Assembly (NCBI GenBank): GCA_964484255.1
Contig: CAZAEH010000001.1
Coordinates: forward strand, 4,674-68,673
Source of the DNA: an uncultured Planctomycetia bacterium
Lineage (GTDB): Bacteria > Omnitrophota > Gorgyraeia > Pluralincolimonadales > Pluralincolimonadaceae
Length of the DNA stretch: 64,000 bases
Direction of reading: 5' to 3'
The translations under genes were made by a program, and so were the position numbers. Of the stretch, positions 1 through 9,739 are shown piece after piece. Position 1 is the first letter of the stretch, and every line of letters begins with the position of its first letter. The notes beneath the pieces are model-generated. The model did not search any database, was not told the DNA's origin, and was given only the letters and a program-made list of their open reading frames with translations.

Positions 1-235
1 ACAGAACGCGATGTCTGAAGCCGTCAAAAAGGCCGGTATGACCAAACATGCCACCGTCCATACGCTAAGGCACAGCTTCGCGACGCATTTGTTGCTCGAC
101 GGCGTGAATATCAGGGAAGTCCAGGAACTGCTTGGACATGAGCACGTCGAGACGACGATGATCTATACCCACGTGATACGGGATATGTCTAACGCGCCGA
201 AGAGCCCGCTGGACAAGCTGTATTCTTCCCGATGA
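1..235 (+). CDS. Tyrosine recombinase, integron-integrase-like. C-terminal catalytic fragment only; the 5' end lies outside the window.
   Basis: The open frame runs to the window edge. It carries the [12 protein letters not shown]...VQELLGH...TTMIYTHV catalytic box with the Tyr nucleophile. The tail ...SPLDKL resembles the IntI C-terminus (XerC/D have TTQIYTH and lack SPLD). Confidence 0.6.
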   Translation, partial: QNAMSEAVKKAGMTKHATVHTLRHSFATHLLLDGVNIREVQELLGHEHVETTMIYTHVIRDMSNAPKSPLDKLYSSR

Positions 236-1094
236 ACTCCGAGAGAAGCTTATTGAACCGCTCCGGGTGCTGCATCATCAGGAAATGCCCGGTATCGTCC
301 CACTCGACATAGGTAAGGTCGGGGAACTGGCCCTTGAGCTGGGCCTCTTCGTTTGATGGGAGCTCCGGTATTTTGGCGTATATGGCAAGCAGGGGCGCCT
401 TCACGACGGCGGGCCCCCATACTTCCGGCCGCCACATCTCTTCCATAGCGCTGTTGGCGGCATAGGCGTCGGCCCTTGTCATTATGGCCATTATCTCTTT
501 CTGCAGGGGCTCGGGCGTCTTGCCGTAGAAGGTCATGTTCACGAACCAGCGAACGGATTCCTGCCTGTCCTGCCCTTTGAGCTTTTCCACAAAAGCGCCG
601 ATCTCTGACTTAGCCGCTTCGTAGCCCTTTGGGTCCATGGATATATTCACGTAAACGCCGTCGACATCGCACAGGGCATTGACCTTTTCCGGATACATGA
701 TGGCAAGCCTCCGAGCGACGATGAACCCGCTGCTGTGGCCGACGATCACGGCCTTCTTTACGCCGGCCGACACCATGACGGAATTAACTGCCTCTGCGAG
801 ATAATCGGGCGTATACGCTACGTTATGGGGTTTGCTGCTGTGCCCGCAGCCGGGAAGGTCCACCATTATAAGCCGGTGGTCCTTGCGCAATCCTGCCGCC
901 TGGAAGCGCCAGACGCTGCAATCGCACGACCAGCCGTGTATAAATACTATTGCCGGGGCACTGGCCCTTCCGTAATCAAGGTAATGTAAGTGCATATTGC
1001 CGGGATATGCATAGCGCGAATTCACCGGCAGAACGGTTAATACGATGAACAAAAAAGCCAGCAGGATCCCTAACAAAAGTATTTTGCTTTTCAT
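189..1094 (-). CDS. Secreted alpha/beta-fold hydrolase
   Basis: N-terminal signal peptide. FIHGWSCD oxyanion region and GHSSG nucleophile elbow (GxSxG). The 3' end converges on and overlaps the integrase fragment by 47 nt. Confidence 0.6.
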   Translation of the reverse strand: MKSKILLLGILLAFLFIVLTVLPVNSRYAYPGNMHLHYLDYGRASAPAIVFIHGWSCDCSVWRFQAAGLRKDHRLIMVDLPGCGHSSKPHNVAYTPDYLAEAVNSVMVSAGVKKAVIVGHSSGFIVARRLAIMYPEKVNALCDVDGVYVNISMDPKGYEAAKSEIGAFVEKLKGQDRQESVRWFVNMTFYGKTPEPLQKEIMAIMTRADAYAANSAMEEMWRPEVWGPAVVKAPLLAIYAKIPELPSNEEAQLKGQFPDLTYVEWDDTGHFLMMQHPERFNKLLSEFIGKNTACPAGSSAR

Positions 1095-1098
1095 GGCG

Positions 1099-1563
1099 TT
1101 ATTTCCCCGTGTATTTTGTGCCGTCCGGGCCTATAGCGTCGAGTTGGAGGACTACACCGTCCTTGCCCGTAACGGCATAATGCGGTTTTCCGTCAGGCTC
1201 GGTGAAGAAACTGCCCGCCGGAAGGGCCTTAAGCCCGTCTTTGTCGAAATTATCCCCGTATCCGAAATAGATAGTACCCGAGACCACGGTGACCATCCTG
1301 TTCTTGCTCTTGTGCGAATGCGGCGGCAACTGGGTGTTCGGGGGTATCACGATGCGTTCCGCAAAAGGCCCCGGGGCATCAGGACTCCCGGAAAGGATCG
1401 CGGTCTTAAGGCCGTGAAGTTTAGGGTCTGTGTTCCATACCATCTCCGCCGGCGTTATGCGAAGGGCCGGAAGTCCCTTATCGAACACGGTCTTGATATA
1501 GACGGCGCCGGCACACGCTATAACTCCCGCCGCGAACGCCGCGAGATACCCTATTCTTTTCAT
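1099..1563 (-). CDS. Secreted cupin-domain protein
   Basis: Signal peptide. Conserved-His cupin-like core (PHSHKSKNRMVTVVSGTIYFGYG). Confidence 0.45.
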   Translation of the reverse strand: MKRIGYLAAFAAGVIACAGAVYIKTVFDKGLPALRITPAEMVWNTDPKLHGLKTAILSGSPDAPGPFAERIVIPPNTQLPPHSHKSKNRMVTVVSGTIYFGYGDNFDKDGLKALPAGSFFTEPDGKPHYAVTGKDGVVLQLDAIGPDGTKYTGK

Positions 1564-1576
1564 CCTGCCTCCATTT

Positions 1577-2722
1577 TTATTTATAGACCCTTGGCACCCG
1601 GGAAGATATCCAACACACCACTTCGTATGGTATCGTCTCGAGCAGGTCGGCTGTCTCCTCTACCGTTATCTCCTGTTTTCCCTGCCTGCCGATAACGGTC
1701 ACTTCATCGCCGACCTTTACGCCTTTAACACGCGTAACATCCACCATAGTGTGGTCCATGCATATACGCCCGATTATAGGCACCCGTTTACCTCGTATTA
1801 TCATGTCCGCCCTGTTGGAGAGGTGGCGGTTGAGCCCGTCGGCATAGCCGATGGGAAGCGTAGCTACTATTGTCTCTTTTGTCGTCATATGGGTCCTGCC
1901 GTAGCTGATAAACCTGCCCGGAGGGGTATTTTTTAAGTATATCACGGTCGTCTTCAGCGAAAGTGCGGGCTTTAGCTTGACGGTCCTGGCTATCCTGGCA
2001 CTCGGGTAAAGACCGTAAAGCATAAGCCCCGGACGTACCATGTTAAAATGTGAATCCTTATAGAGCATCGCCCCGGCGGAATTGGCGGCATGGACGTACT
2101 GTATCTCAAGGCCCCTTATCTCCATTTCGGCGGCAAGCCGCTTGAAATTTTCTATCTGTTTTACGGTATAGTGGACATCTTCTTCGTCGGCACTCGCGAA
2201 ATGCGTGAATATCCCCTCTATGGTTATGTTGTCGAAGCCAAGCAGGTCTTCGATAAGGTTATCGGCCTCATCGTGCCATACTCCGAGCCTGCCCATGCCG
2301 GTATCCACCTTTACATGCGCGAGGGCCTGCTTGCCGAACTTGCGCGCGACCTTGTCTATGGCGGATGCCAGGGTCTTATTGCAAACGGTCAGGGTAAGGT
2401 CATAATACACCGCAGCTTCGGCCTCTTTCGGCAGTACGGAGCTCAGCACAAGTATCGGGGTCTTTACTTTCGCCTTGCGCAGGGTTATGCCCTCGTCGAC
2501 GCAGGCGACGCCGAGATATGATATGTTCTCCTTTTCAAGGCGCCGCGCGACCTCCACCATGCCGTATCCGTAGGCGTTCGCCTTGACAACGGCAAGGACG
2601 CTCGTCCCCTTGGAAAGGCGCGATCTGATTACACGGTAATTGTAAGCTATGGCATCGAGGTCTATCTCGGTCCATGTGGGCCTGCTGATAAACTCGTGGG
2701 GCAAAAGGCGTCTTTTTATCAT
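1577..2722 (-). CDS. alr: Alanine racemase
   Basis: VVKANAYGYG PLP-lysine motif, about 380 aa. Confidence 0.85.
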   Translation of the reverse strand: MIKRRLLPHEFISRPTWTEIDLDAIAYNYRVIRSRLSKGTSVLAVVKANAYGYGMVEVARRLEKENISYLGVACVDEGITLRKAKVKTPILVLSSVLPKEAEAAVYYDLTLTVCNKTLASAIDKVARKFGKQALAHVKVDTGMGRLGVWHDEADNLIEDLLGFDNITIEGIFTHFASADEEDVHYTVKQIENFKRLAAEMEIRGLEIQYVHAANSAGAMLYKDSHFNMVRPGLMLYGLYPSARIARTVKLKPALSLKTTVIYLKNTPPGRFISYGRTHMTTKETIVATLPIGYADGLNRHLSNRADMIIRGKRVPIIGRICMDHTMVDVTRVKGVKVGDEVTVIGRQGKQEITVEETADLLETIPYEVVCWISSRVPRVYK

Positions 2723-3393
2723 CTTACCTGCACATCCTTGGGGTAAACATATAAAGGCGTAAACCTGTCGGCGTCCTCAAAGTCCTTCTTCTTTATCATC
2801 TCATATCCGAGTTTGGCTATCGTTTCCGCTTTTGGATACCAGCCGCTTTTGGGCGCAAATACAACCTCGTATTTGAAGTTGTCGCGGATATAGTCCCCGT
2901 ATACGGCAAGGCCGTCCCCGATAAATGCTGCGTCTCCTTTTATGCCGCCAAGAAGTTCGACGACTGGCATCACGGAATATTTCATCCGCCTGCGCAGTCC
3001 GCCCTTGCCGAACGTGAAGGCCGAACAATAAACATTGCCCCGGCGCGCGTCGACAATGGGAATGACAAACCCTTCAGCGCCCTCGGCATTATAGGCGATA
3101 GCGTCAAGAGTGGGGACACCTACTATCTTTATCTTCCTTGTGAAAGCAAGCCCTTTGACCGTTGCCGCACCTATTCGCAGCGAGGTAAGCGACCCGGGGC
3201 CTTTGGAAAAAGCGATATACCCTATATCTTTAAGTTTTACCCTCGCCTTCTTGAGAAGCTTATCTATGGCGGGCATGAGCTCTTCGCACTGTCTTTGGTC
3301 AGCCTGCTTATGGACGGAAGCGACGATCCTGTCGCCGTCAGCCAGGGCGATTGAAATGTACTTGGATGAAGTATCGAGCGCCAGTACTTTCAC
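2719..3393 (-). CDS. tsaB: tRNA t6A biosynthesis protein TsaB (YeaZ)
   Basis: VLALDTSS...SIALA N-terminus. The likely GTG start at 3393 overlaps the tsaE TGA stop (GTGA). The ORF track shows a longer ATG-initiated frame reaching 3438. Confidence 0.75.
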   Translation of the reverse strand: MKVLALDTSSKYISIALADGDRIVASVHKQADQRQCEELMPAIDKLLKKARVKLKDIGYIAFSKGPGSLTSLRIGAATVKGLAFTRKIKIVGVPTLDAIAYNAEGAEGFVIPIVDARRGNVYCSAFTFGKGGLRRRMKYSVMPVVELLGGIKGDAAFIGDGLAVYGDYIRDNFKYEVVFAPKSGWYPKAETIAKLGYEMIKKKDFEDADRFTPLYVYPKDVQVR

Positions 3394-3818
3394 GGGAGGA
3401 TATCCTTTATCGTGAGGGATCTCTTTTCCGGGCCGCATATCCTAATAGCTATCGCTAAGTGCCTGACGGGAAGGATGCGGTCCATCTTGTTCGACCACTC
3501 TATTACCACTATGCCGTTGCGGGCCAGGTAATCTTCATATCCTATATCCTCGATGTCCTTAAGGCTGTTAAGCCGATAAACGTCGAAATGGAACAAAGGT
3601 ATCCTGCCCTTGTATTCCTTGACCAGCGTGAACGAAGGGCTGTTTACGTGCAGGTAATCGCTGACGCCGAGTCCTTTAGCGATACCTTTGACGAGAGTGG
3701 TCTTGCCCGCGCCGAGGTCACCCGATAACGCTACCATATCACCGGGCTTTAGCCGCCTCGAGATCTCTTCTCCCGCTTTTATGGTCTCTTTTTCACTTCC
3801 GGTCGTTACTACCATCAA
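3390..3818 (-). CDS. tsaE: tRNA t6A biosynthesis ATPase TsaE (YjeE)
   Basis: GDLGAGKTTLVKG Walker A, 142 aa. ATGA overlap with thiL. Confidence 0.8.
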   Translation of the reverse strand: MMVVTTGSEKETIKAGEEISRRLKPGDMVALSGDLGAGKTTLVKGIAKGLGVSDYLHVNSPSFTLVKEYKGRIPLFHFDVYRLNSLKDIEDIGYEDYLARNGIVVIEWSNKMDRILPVRHLAIAIRICGPEKRSLTIKDILP

Positions 3819-4741
3819 AAATGCGCAAATCCTTTCGCCTGGAGGCTTCTCACCTTCCCGTTCTTCCCGATTATCCTGACCCCGGACTTTTTGTCGAGGA
3901 TCTCGCCTATCTGGGTCAGTTTCAACCCGCTGACCTCGATATTCTTAACCGCAAGCCGGCGCGCCTCGGCAAGCGGCATTGTAAAAAGCAGCTCAAAATC
4001 TTCTCCCTCATTCAGTGCGGCGTCCACCCCGTGCGCATCATCTGAAACGGGTATAAGTTCCTCATAGATACAAGCGCCCACACCGCTGGCTTTTGCAATA
4101 TGGTTAAGGTCCGTCGAGAGGCCGTCCGAAATGTCTATCATCGAGCTCACTTTAAAATTATCGACGAGACAGCGGGCTTCCTTCAGTCTGGGGATAAAAT
4201 CCAGGTGGCGCTTGCTCCTGTAAGAGCCCCCCAAGGAACCGGTAACACATATTATGTCCCCGGGCTTCGCCCCGCTCCTCAATTTGAGCTTTTCCGGCTC
4301 CACGAAACCGAGGACCGCCACATCCACCACAAGTTTACCCGACGAGTTGGTGTCGCCTCCTACTATGCCTACGTTGAACTTCTTCGCCAGTGATTTTATT
4401 CCGCGGTAGAGTTCCTCGATATACTCCACGGAAAATCTTGCCGGAAGACCGAGGGAGACAACGGCATATTCTGCGGTCCCTCCCATCGAAGCTATATCGC
4501 TGAGGCCACAGGCAAGGGATTTCCACCCAATCTGGTAAGCGCTGGCGCCTTTTATCCTGAAATCCACGTCCTCAAGGAGCATATCTATAGTGACAAGCAG
4601 GTATTTCCTGCGCGAGATGCGTATAACAGCGCAGTCGTCACCTATGCCTTTTATTATCTCACGCCGCCCGCGGCCTGTCCCTGAAAGACCCATAGCCAGG
4701 CGTTCGATCAAGCCGGTCTCACCTAATTTTCTTAATCTCAT
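3815..4741 (-). CDS. thiL: Thiamine-monophosphate kinase
   Basis: LGETGLIERL...GDDCAV AIR-synthase-related fold, 308 aa. Confidence 0.75.
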   Translation of the reverse strand: MRLRKLGETGLIERLAMGLSGTGRGRREIIKGIGDDCAVIRISRRKYLLVTIDMLLEDVDFRIKGASAYQIGWKSLACGLSDIASMGGTAEYAVVSLGLPARFSVEYIEELYRGIKSLAKKFNVGIVGGDTNSSGKLVVDVAVLGFVEPEKLKLRSGAKPGDIICVTGSLGGSYRSKRHLDFIPRLKEARCLVDNFKVSSMIDISDGLSTDLNHIAKASGVGACIYEELIPVSDDAHGVDAALNEGEDFELLFTMPLAEARRLAVKNIEVSGLKLTQIGEILDKKSGVRIIGKNGKVRSLQAKGFAHF

Positions 4742-5744
4742 CCGGTTTAAAGATCCCTTTTTCGGTTATGATCGCTGTAATAAGTTTTGCCGGTGTAACG
4801 TCAAAGGCCGGGCAACAGGTCTTGACGCCTTTCGGTGCCAGCATTCTGCCCCCGACTACCGTTATCTCTTCCGGACGCCTTTCCTCAATGGGTACCCGTC
4901 TGCCATGCGGCATCCTGAAATCTATCGTAGAGACCGGCGCCGCAACGTAAAAAGGTATCTTATGATATTTTGCCAGGACCGCGACGCCGTAAGTCCCTAT
5001 CTTGTTGGCGGCATCTCCGTTTCGGGTTATCCTGTCGGCCCCGACAATGACCTTCGTGATCTTTCCGCTGCCCATTACGTATGCGGCCATGTTATCGCAA
5101 ATAAGGGTCACGTCGATACCCTCATGCATAAGTTCCCATGTGGTAAGCCTTGCCCCCTGTAAAAGAGGCCTGGTCTCGTCCGCGTAAACCCTGAATCTCC
5201 TGCCTTTTTCCTTGGCACGGTAAAGCACTCCCAAAGCGGTCCCGTAATCCGCTGTAGCTAGGGCACCGGCGTTGCAGTGGGTAAGCACGGCATCTCCGTC
5301 TTTTATGAGACGCGCGCCGTGCTCGGCCATCTTCCTGCATATGGCCCTGTCTTCTTCGTATATCCTATGGGCTTCGGACAATAGGTCTTTTTTTATCCCT
5401 AAGACCGTACGTGAGCGACTCGCGGAAGCGGCATCCCTCATCCTCTCCATCCCCCAGAAGAGGTTCACTGCGGTCGGGCGCGATGAGCCCACAAACGCAA
5501 TGGTTTTATCAAGTTCCCGCATGAACTCCGCGCGATCCTTCGCCCGGGAATCCTTCATTCCGAGGTATACGCCATAGGCCGCTGCAACTCCCAAGGCGGG
5601 CGCGCCTCGCACCTGCAGTTTTTTTATGGCATGCCAGAAACCTTTTATATCGCGGAATTTCAGGTACACGAGCCTGTTCGGCAGGCGCGTCTGGTCTATG
5701 ATCTTTATTGAATTTTTATCCCATCTTATCGTCTGGATCGCCAT
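4719..5744 (-). CDS. mtnA: S-methyl-5-thioribose-1-phosphate isomerase (eIF-2B alpha/beta/delta family)
   Basis: IRWDKNSIKIIDQTRLP...RGAPALGVAAAYG family N-terminus, 341 aa. Confidence 0.7.
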   Translation of the reverse strand: MAIQTIRWDKNSIKIIDQTRLPNRLVYLKFRDIKGFWHAIKKLQVRGAPALGVAAAYGVYLGMKDSRAKDRAEFMRELDKTIAFVGSSRPTAVNLFWGMERMRDAASASRSRTVLGIKKDLLSEAHRIYEEDRAICRKMAEHGARLIKDGDAVLTHCNAGALATADYGTALGVLYRAKEKGRRFRVYADETRPLLQGARLTTWELMHEGIDVTLICDNMAAYVMGSGKITKVIVGADRITRNGDAANKIGTYGVAVLAKYHKIPFYVAAPVSTIDFRMPHGRRVPIEERRPEEITVVGGRMLAPKGVKTCCPAFDVTPAKLITAIITEKGIFKPDEIKKIR

Positions 5745-5752
5745 AGGTTCCT

Positions 5753-6820
5753 CTAACCCGGGACAGCTATCAGCCTGTAAAGGAATACGAAAAAAACTAC
5801 CGCGGTATTATGCACTATGTGCACCGCTATACAGGGAATTATGGATCCCGTCTTCTCATACAGGTAGGCCAGCAAGATACCAAGAGCCAGTATGGGGAAG
5901 AACGAGACTATATTCAGGTGAAGCATGGAAAAAACCAATGATACGAGGATTATGGCTTTGCGCGCACCCATCTTCTTCCTTACGACCGGATAAGCGAACC
6001 CCCGGAAGAATATCTCCTCCATCACCGGCCCTAGCAAGGTAACCAGTCCCGTAAGTATAAAAAGCAGTTTTGGGCGGTCCGTCTCATAGAGCATCTCGAG
6101 CGCCCTTGTCTCCGGTGGTTCATAATTGAATATCCTCAAGCCCAACAGGACAAAGACCATTATGACCACTATTATCGGTATCAGCATGAGGTACCCGCTG
6201 AGGCCTATCTTTATGTCCCTGACTATGTTTCCGGCCTTCAAACCGAGGCTGGACAGTCTTTGGCCGTATTTCTTGATGACAAAATATAGGACTATCACGA
6301 GCCCTACGACATCCATCAAAGTCGCGTTCATGACGGTGAAGAGCTTCTCATCCAGATGCTTGACACCGGCAATTGTAGCGGCGCCCAGCTCGACGGCCTG
6401 GATAAGATACCCGAAAAAATAGAATATGACGGCTATCCTGAAAATATCCGCTATTCCCCAGCTGACTTCGGGAGGAACACCTATGGTAGGCATTATCTCG
6501 AAACCGTTGAGCTTGCGGGCGACTCTTTTTACCAACATCATGAGTCCGGCCATGAGGGCTATCGAACACGCGAATGTGCTTCCGGAAAGCGCGAAGGCAA
6601 GCGGCCTGTTCGTAGAAAGCAGGTCCTTTATCCTTGCCTCCCTTTCGGCGGCTTCCTCGGGGGTCAATATACGGTGGACCTTCTTTTCTTTCTCGGCAGC
6701 CTTCTCTATTTTTGCCGGGAATAGTACAAGGAAAACCTCAAAAACGACTATCACGGAAAGCATTATCACGTAAAGCCTGTTATCCTTGATGAACCTGCCT
6801 GCGTCGTTAACCGACAACAT
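5753..6820 (-). CDS. CPBP-family (CAAX/Abi) intramembrane metalloprotease
   Basis: Multi-TM. Motifs EEIFFRGF, FSMLH and HNTAV. Confidence 0.7.
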   Translation of the reverse strand: MLSVNDAGRFIKDNRLYVIMLSVIVVFEVFLVLFPAKIEKAAEKEKKVHRILTPEEAAEREARIKDLLSTNRPLAFALSGSTFACSIALMAGLMMLVKRVARKLNGFEIMPTIGVPPEVSWGIADIFRIAVIFYFFGYLIQAVELGAATIAGVKHLDEKLFTVMNATLMDVVGLVIVLYFVIKKYGQRLSSLGLKAGNIVRDIKIGLSGYLMLIPIIVVIMVFVLLGLRIFNYEPPETRALEMLYETDRPKLLFILTGLVTLLGPVMEEIFFRGFAYPVVRKKMGARKAIILVSLVFSMLHLNIVSFFPILALGILLAYLYEKTGSIIPCIAVHIVHNTAVVFFVFLYRLIAVPG

Positions 6821-8189
6821 TGTGCCTCCTCGGCCTGAATTTCACCCCCAACTCCCCCGTAATTACTCTTTCGCAGGCAGCCATATCCACGCCTTCGTAA
6901 TCGACGCATGTTGCTTCCACTTCAGGCAGTTTCCGGCTGCATTCGACTATGAATTTTTTTACTTCGTTATAAGTACCGGGACCGAAAGCCGGTTTACATA
7001 TCCTGTTATACGTCTCTTCATCCGGAGCGTTGAGGCTGACGCTTACCCTGTCAATAAGCCCCGCAAGGTCGTCTACTATGCGCCTCTTATTGATAAGGTT
7101 CCCGTGGCCGTTCGTCGTAAGGCGTATTTTTGCGCCCTTTTTCTTAAGCGCGCTCGCCACCTCCAACAGGCAGTCAAGCCGAAGGGTGGGTTCACCGTAA
7201 CCGCAAAAAACTATTTCATCATAACGCTTAGGGTCGCCGACGGCTGTTATTATCTCTTTCGCCGCAGGTTCGTCGCTAAGGCGCAGGTTATGGCCCATGA
7301 CAAAGTCAGAGGACTTTGTCACGCAGAATTCGCAGGCGCTTGAGCACCTGTTGGTAAGGTTTATATAGAGAGAATCCCTTATCGGATATACTATGGCGTT
7401 ATGATATCTGCTTTCTCCGACACCGAACAATTTTGTGCAATTCAACGTGGTCACCCGCGCAACATCATCGGCCCTGAGGCCCTTGAGCCCGGAGATCTCT
7501 TCGACCGCCCTTACCATGAACGCGGGTTCGTTTCGCTTGCCGCGCATGCCTTCGGGGGCCAGGTAAGGAGCGTCCGTCTCGACCAGCATCCTGTCAATGG
7601 GGACTTTGTCCCTGACTAGTTCCCGTAATTTAGAGGCGTTCTTGAAAGTTATATTGCACGTGAAAGAAACATACATCCCGAGGGCAAGGACCCCTTCAAG
7701 GAGTTTTTCATCTGCGGGAAAACAGTGGACCACTCCCTTGACAGACGTGCCTGCCTCTTCTTTTAATATTCGCAGTGTATCATCCGCGGCCTCCCTGCAA
7801 TGGATTATCAAAGGTAAACCCGTATCTTTGGCCAAGCGAATGAATTTCCTGAAAGCATCCTGCTGAAGGCCGGCGGGAGAGAAGTTCCTGTAATAGTCCA
7901 GGCCGACTTCACCGATAGCCACTACTTTTTTATTCCCGGAAAGGTCTTTTATCTCGGACAATGCGGAAGACCCGGCATCTTTCGCATCATGGGGATGGAT
8001 GCCTACCGAAGCAAATACCGTATCGTATTTTCCGGCAATGGCCACAGATCTTCTTGAGCCTTCAAGGTCGCTGGCCACGTTTATGATATCTCTTATCCCG
8101 GCATCCTCCGCCCTCTTAATGACGAGGTCCCTGTCGGAATCAAACTCGGGAAAATCCAAATGGCAATGGCTGTCTACCAGATTGGTCAT
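6807..8189 (-). CDS. TatD-family hydrolase fused to a small C-terminal radical-SAM domain
   Basis: VDSHCHLDFPEF TatD start. C-terminal ~190 aa carry CSSACEFC (CxxxCxxC). The likely start is the Met at 8189, which abuts the metG stop. The ORF track extends it to 8324. Confidence 0.7.
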   Translation of the reverse strand: MTNLVDSHCHLDFPEFDSDRDLVIKRAEDAGIRDIINVASDLEGSRRSVAIAGKYDTVFASVGIHPHDAKDAGSSALSEIKDLSGNKKVVAIGEVGLDYYRNFSPAGLQQDAFRKFIRLAKDTGLPLIIHCREAADDTLRILKEEAGTSVKGVVHCFPADEKLLEGVLALGMYVSFTCNITFKNASKLRELVRDKVPIDRMLVETDAPYLAPEGMRGKRNEPAFMVRAVEEISGLKGLRADDVARVTTLNCTKLFGVGESRYHNAIVYPIRDSLYINLTNRCSSACEFCVTKSSDFVMGHNLRLSDEPAAKEIITAVGDPKRYDEIVFCGYGEPTLRLDCLLEVASALKKKGAKIRLTTNGHGNLINKRRIVDDLAGLIDRVSVSLNAPDEETYNRICKPAFGPGTYNEVKKFIVECSRKLPEVEATCVDYEGVDMAACERVITGELGVKFRPRRHNVVG

Positions 8190-9739
8190 TTTGCCTTGGT
8201 ATCTATACGGGGGAACAAGGGCGCACCCTTCTTCACCTGTGTAGCGGGTTTCATCATGCCCCATTTTCCTATATCCGATGCGCGGGCCGCGGAAAGCGGC
8301 CCCGCGATCCCCAGTTGTTCCCACATCTTTTGCGCGGAAGAGGGCATGAACGGCGATACCGCAATCGCGACGATACGCAATATCTCTGAAAGGCTATACA
8401 TCACGTCCGCAAGCCGGTCTTTCCTTCCCTGCTTGTCCAGCGACCACGGCGCCTGGACCTCTATATATTTGTTCGCCTTGTTCACCAGCTCCCATATCGC
8501 ACCGGCAGCGCTTGGAAAATCAAGCTCGGTCATTGCGGCGTCCATCTTCGCGGGAAGCCCTGCGGCAAGAGCCTTAAGCTCCACATCAGCGGGATCATTT
8601 GTGTTCGCAGGAACGGGAACCTCGCCGCCATAATACTTCTCTATCATCGTAAGCGTCCTGTTGAGCAGGTTGCCGATATCATTGGCCAGGTCGGTATTCA
8701 AACGGCTGACGAGGGCCTCTTCGGAAAAAAGCCCGTCATGTCCGTATGGTATCTCACTCAAAAGGAAGTACCTTAAAGGATCGGGCCCGTATTTGTCTAT
8801 TATCTCAACGGGATCCACGGCGTTACCAAGGGACTTGGACATCTTCCTGCCCTTCGCATCAAGCCAGTGTCCGTGCGCAAAAACGGTCTTCGGGGGCTCT
8901 ATTCCTAATGTATGAAGTATTATCGGCCAAAAGACCGTATGAAAGCGTATTATGTCCTTGCCGAGTATGTGGATATCCGCAGGCCAGTATTTCCTGAACT
9001 TAGTATCATCTCCGCCCGCATAACCGAGCGCAGATATGTAATTGAGCAGCGCGTCGAACCAAACGTATGAGACATGGTCCTTCGAAAAAGGTATCTCGAC
9101 ACCCCATTCAAGGCGGCTGCGCGGCCGGGATATGCACAGGTCCTGCAAGGGCTGCTCCAGGAAACTCAATATCTCGTTCTTCCTTGACTCCGGTTTAATG
9201 AAATCCGGATGGCTTTTGATATAGTCTATAAGCCAGCCCTGGTACTTCGACATCCTGAAGAACCAGTTCGTCTCCGTTATCTGCTCAACAGGGCGCTTGC
9301 AGTCCGGGCAATTGCCCGCCTCAAGCTGGCTCTCGGGCCAGAATGCCTCGCAAGGCGCGCAATACCATCCTTTGTATTCGGACTCAAAAAGCTCTCCCTT
9401 TTCGTGCAGTTTCGTGAAGACCGCCTGGACAACCTTTATATGGCGCTCCTGCGTAGTACGGATGAAATCATCATAGGATATCGACATGCGCTTCCAGAGC
9501 TCTATAGACGGTTTGACGACCGAATCGACGAACTCCTGGGTCGATACTCCTGCCTCGGCTGCGGCCTTGGCAACCTTCTGGCCGTGCTCGTCTGTCCCGG
9601 TAAGGAAATACACGTCCGCGCCTTTAAGGCGGTGGTATCTCGCAAGCGCATCCGCGACAGTGGACTCATAGCAATGCCCGATGTGCGGCTTCGCATTCAC
9701 GTAATATATGGAAGTAGTCAAATAGAACTTGCTCATCAT
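8186..9739 (-). CDS. metG: Methionyl-tRNA synthetase (short form)
   Basis: HIGH-type (HIGHCY) and KMSKS motifs, 517 aa. Confidence 0.9.
   Translation of the reverse strand: MMSKFYLTTSIYYVNAKPHIGHCYESTVADALARYHRLKGADVYFLTGTDEHGQKVAKAAAEAGVSTQEFVDSVVKPSIELWKRMSISYDDFIRTTQERHIKVVQAVFTKLHEKGELFESEYKGWYCAPCEAFWPESQLEAGNCPDCKRPVEQITETNWFFRMSKYQGWLIDYIKSHPDFIKPESRKNEILSFLEQPLQDLCISRPRSRLEWGVEIPFSKDHVSYVWFDALLNYISALGYAGGDDTKFRKYWPADIHILGKDIIRFHTVFWPIILHTLGIEPPKTVFAHGHWLDAKGRKMSKSLGNAVDPVEIIDKYGPDPLRYFLLSEIPYGHDGLFSEEALVSRLNTDLANDIGNLLNRTLTMIEKYYGGEVPVPANTNDPADVELKALAAGLPAKMDAAMTELDFPSAAGAIWELVNKANKYIEVQAPWSLDKQGRKDRLADVMYSLSEILRIVAIAVSPFMPSSAQKMWEQLGIAGPLSAARASDIGKWGMMKPATQVKKGAPLFPRIDTKAK

Noticed and set aside
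189-1563. Hydrolase and cupin genes as possible integron cassettes downstream of the integrase fragment
   Set aside because: The genes are only 4-13 nt apart, with no room for attC sites. They are on the strand opposite to what a cassette array driven from intI would have. A real cassette array would lie left of the window.
6807-8324. N-terminal 45-aa extension of the TatD fusion, and similar extensions on thyX, the receiver gene, leuS and tsaB
   Set aside because: The extensions show no homology and overlap the upstream gene. Internal start codons that abut the upstream stop fit the orthologue N-termini.
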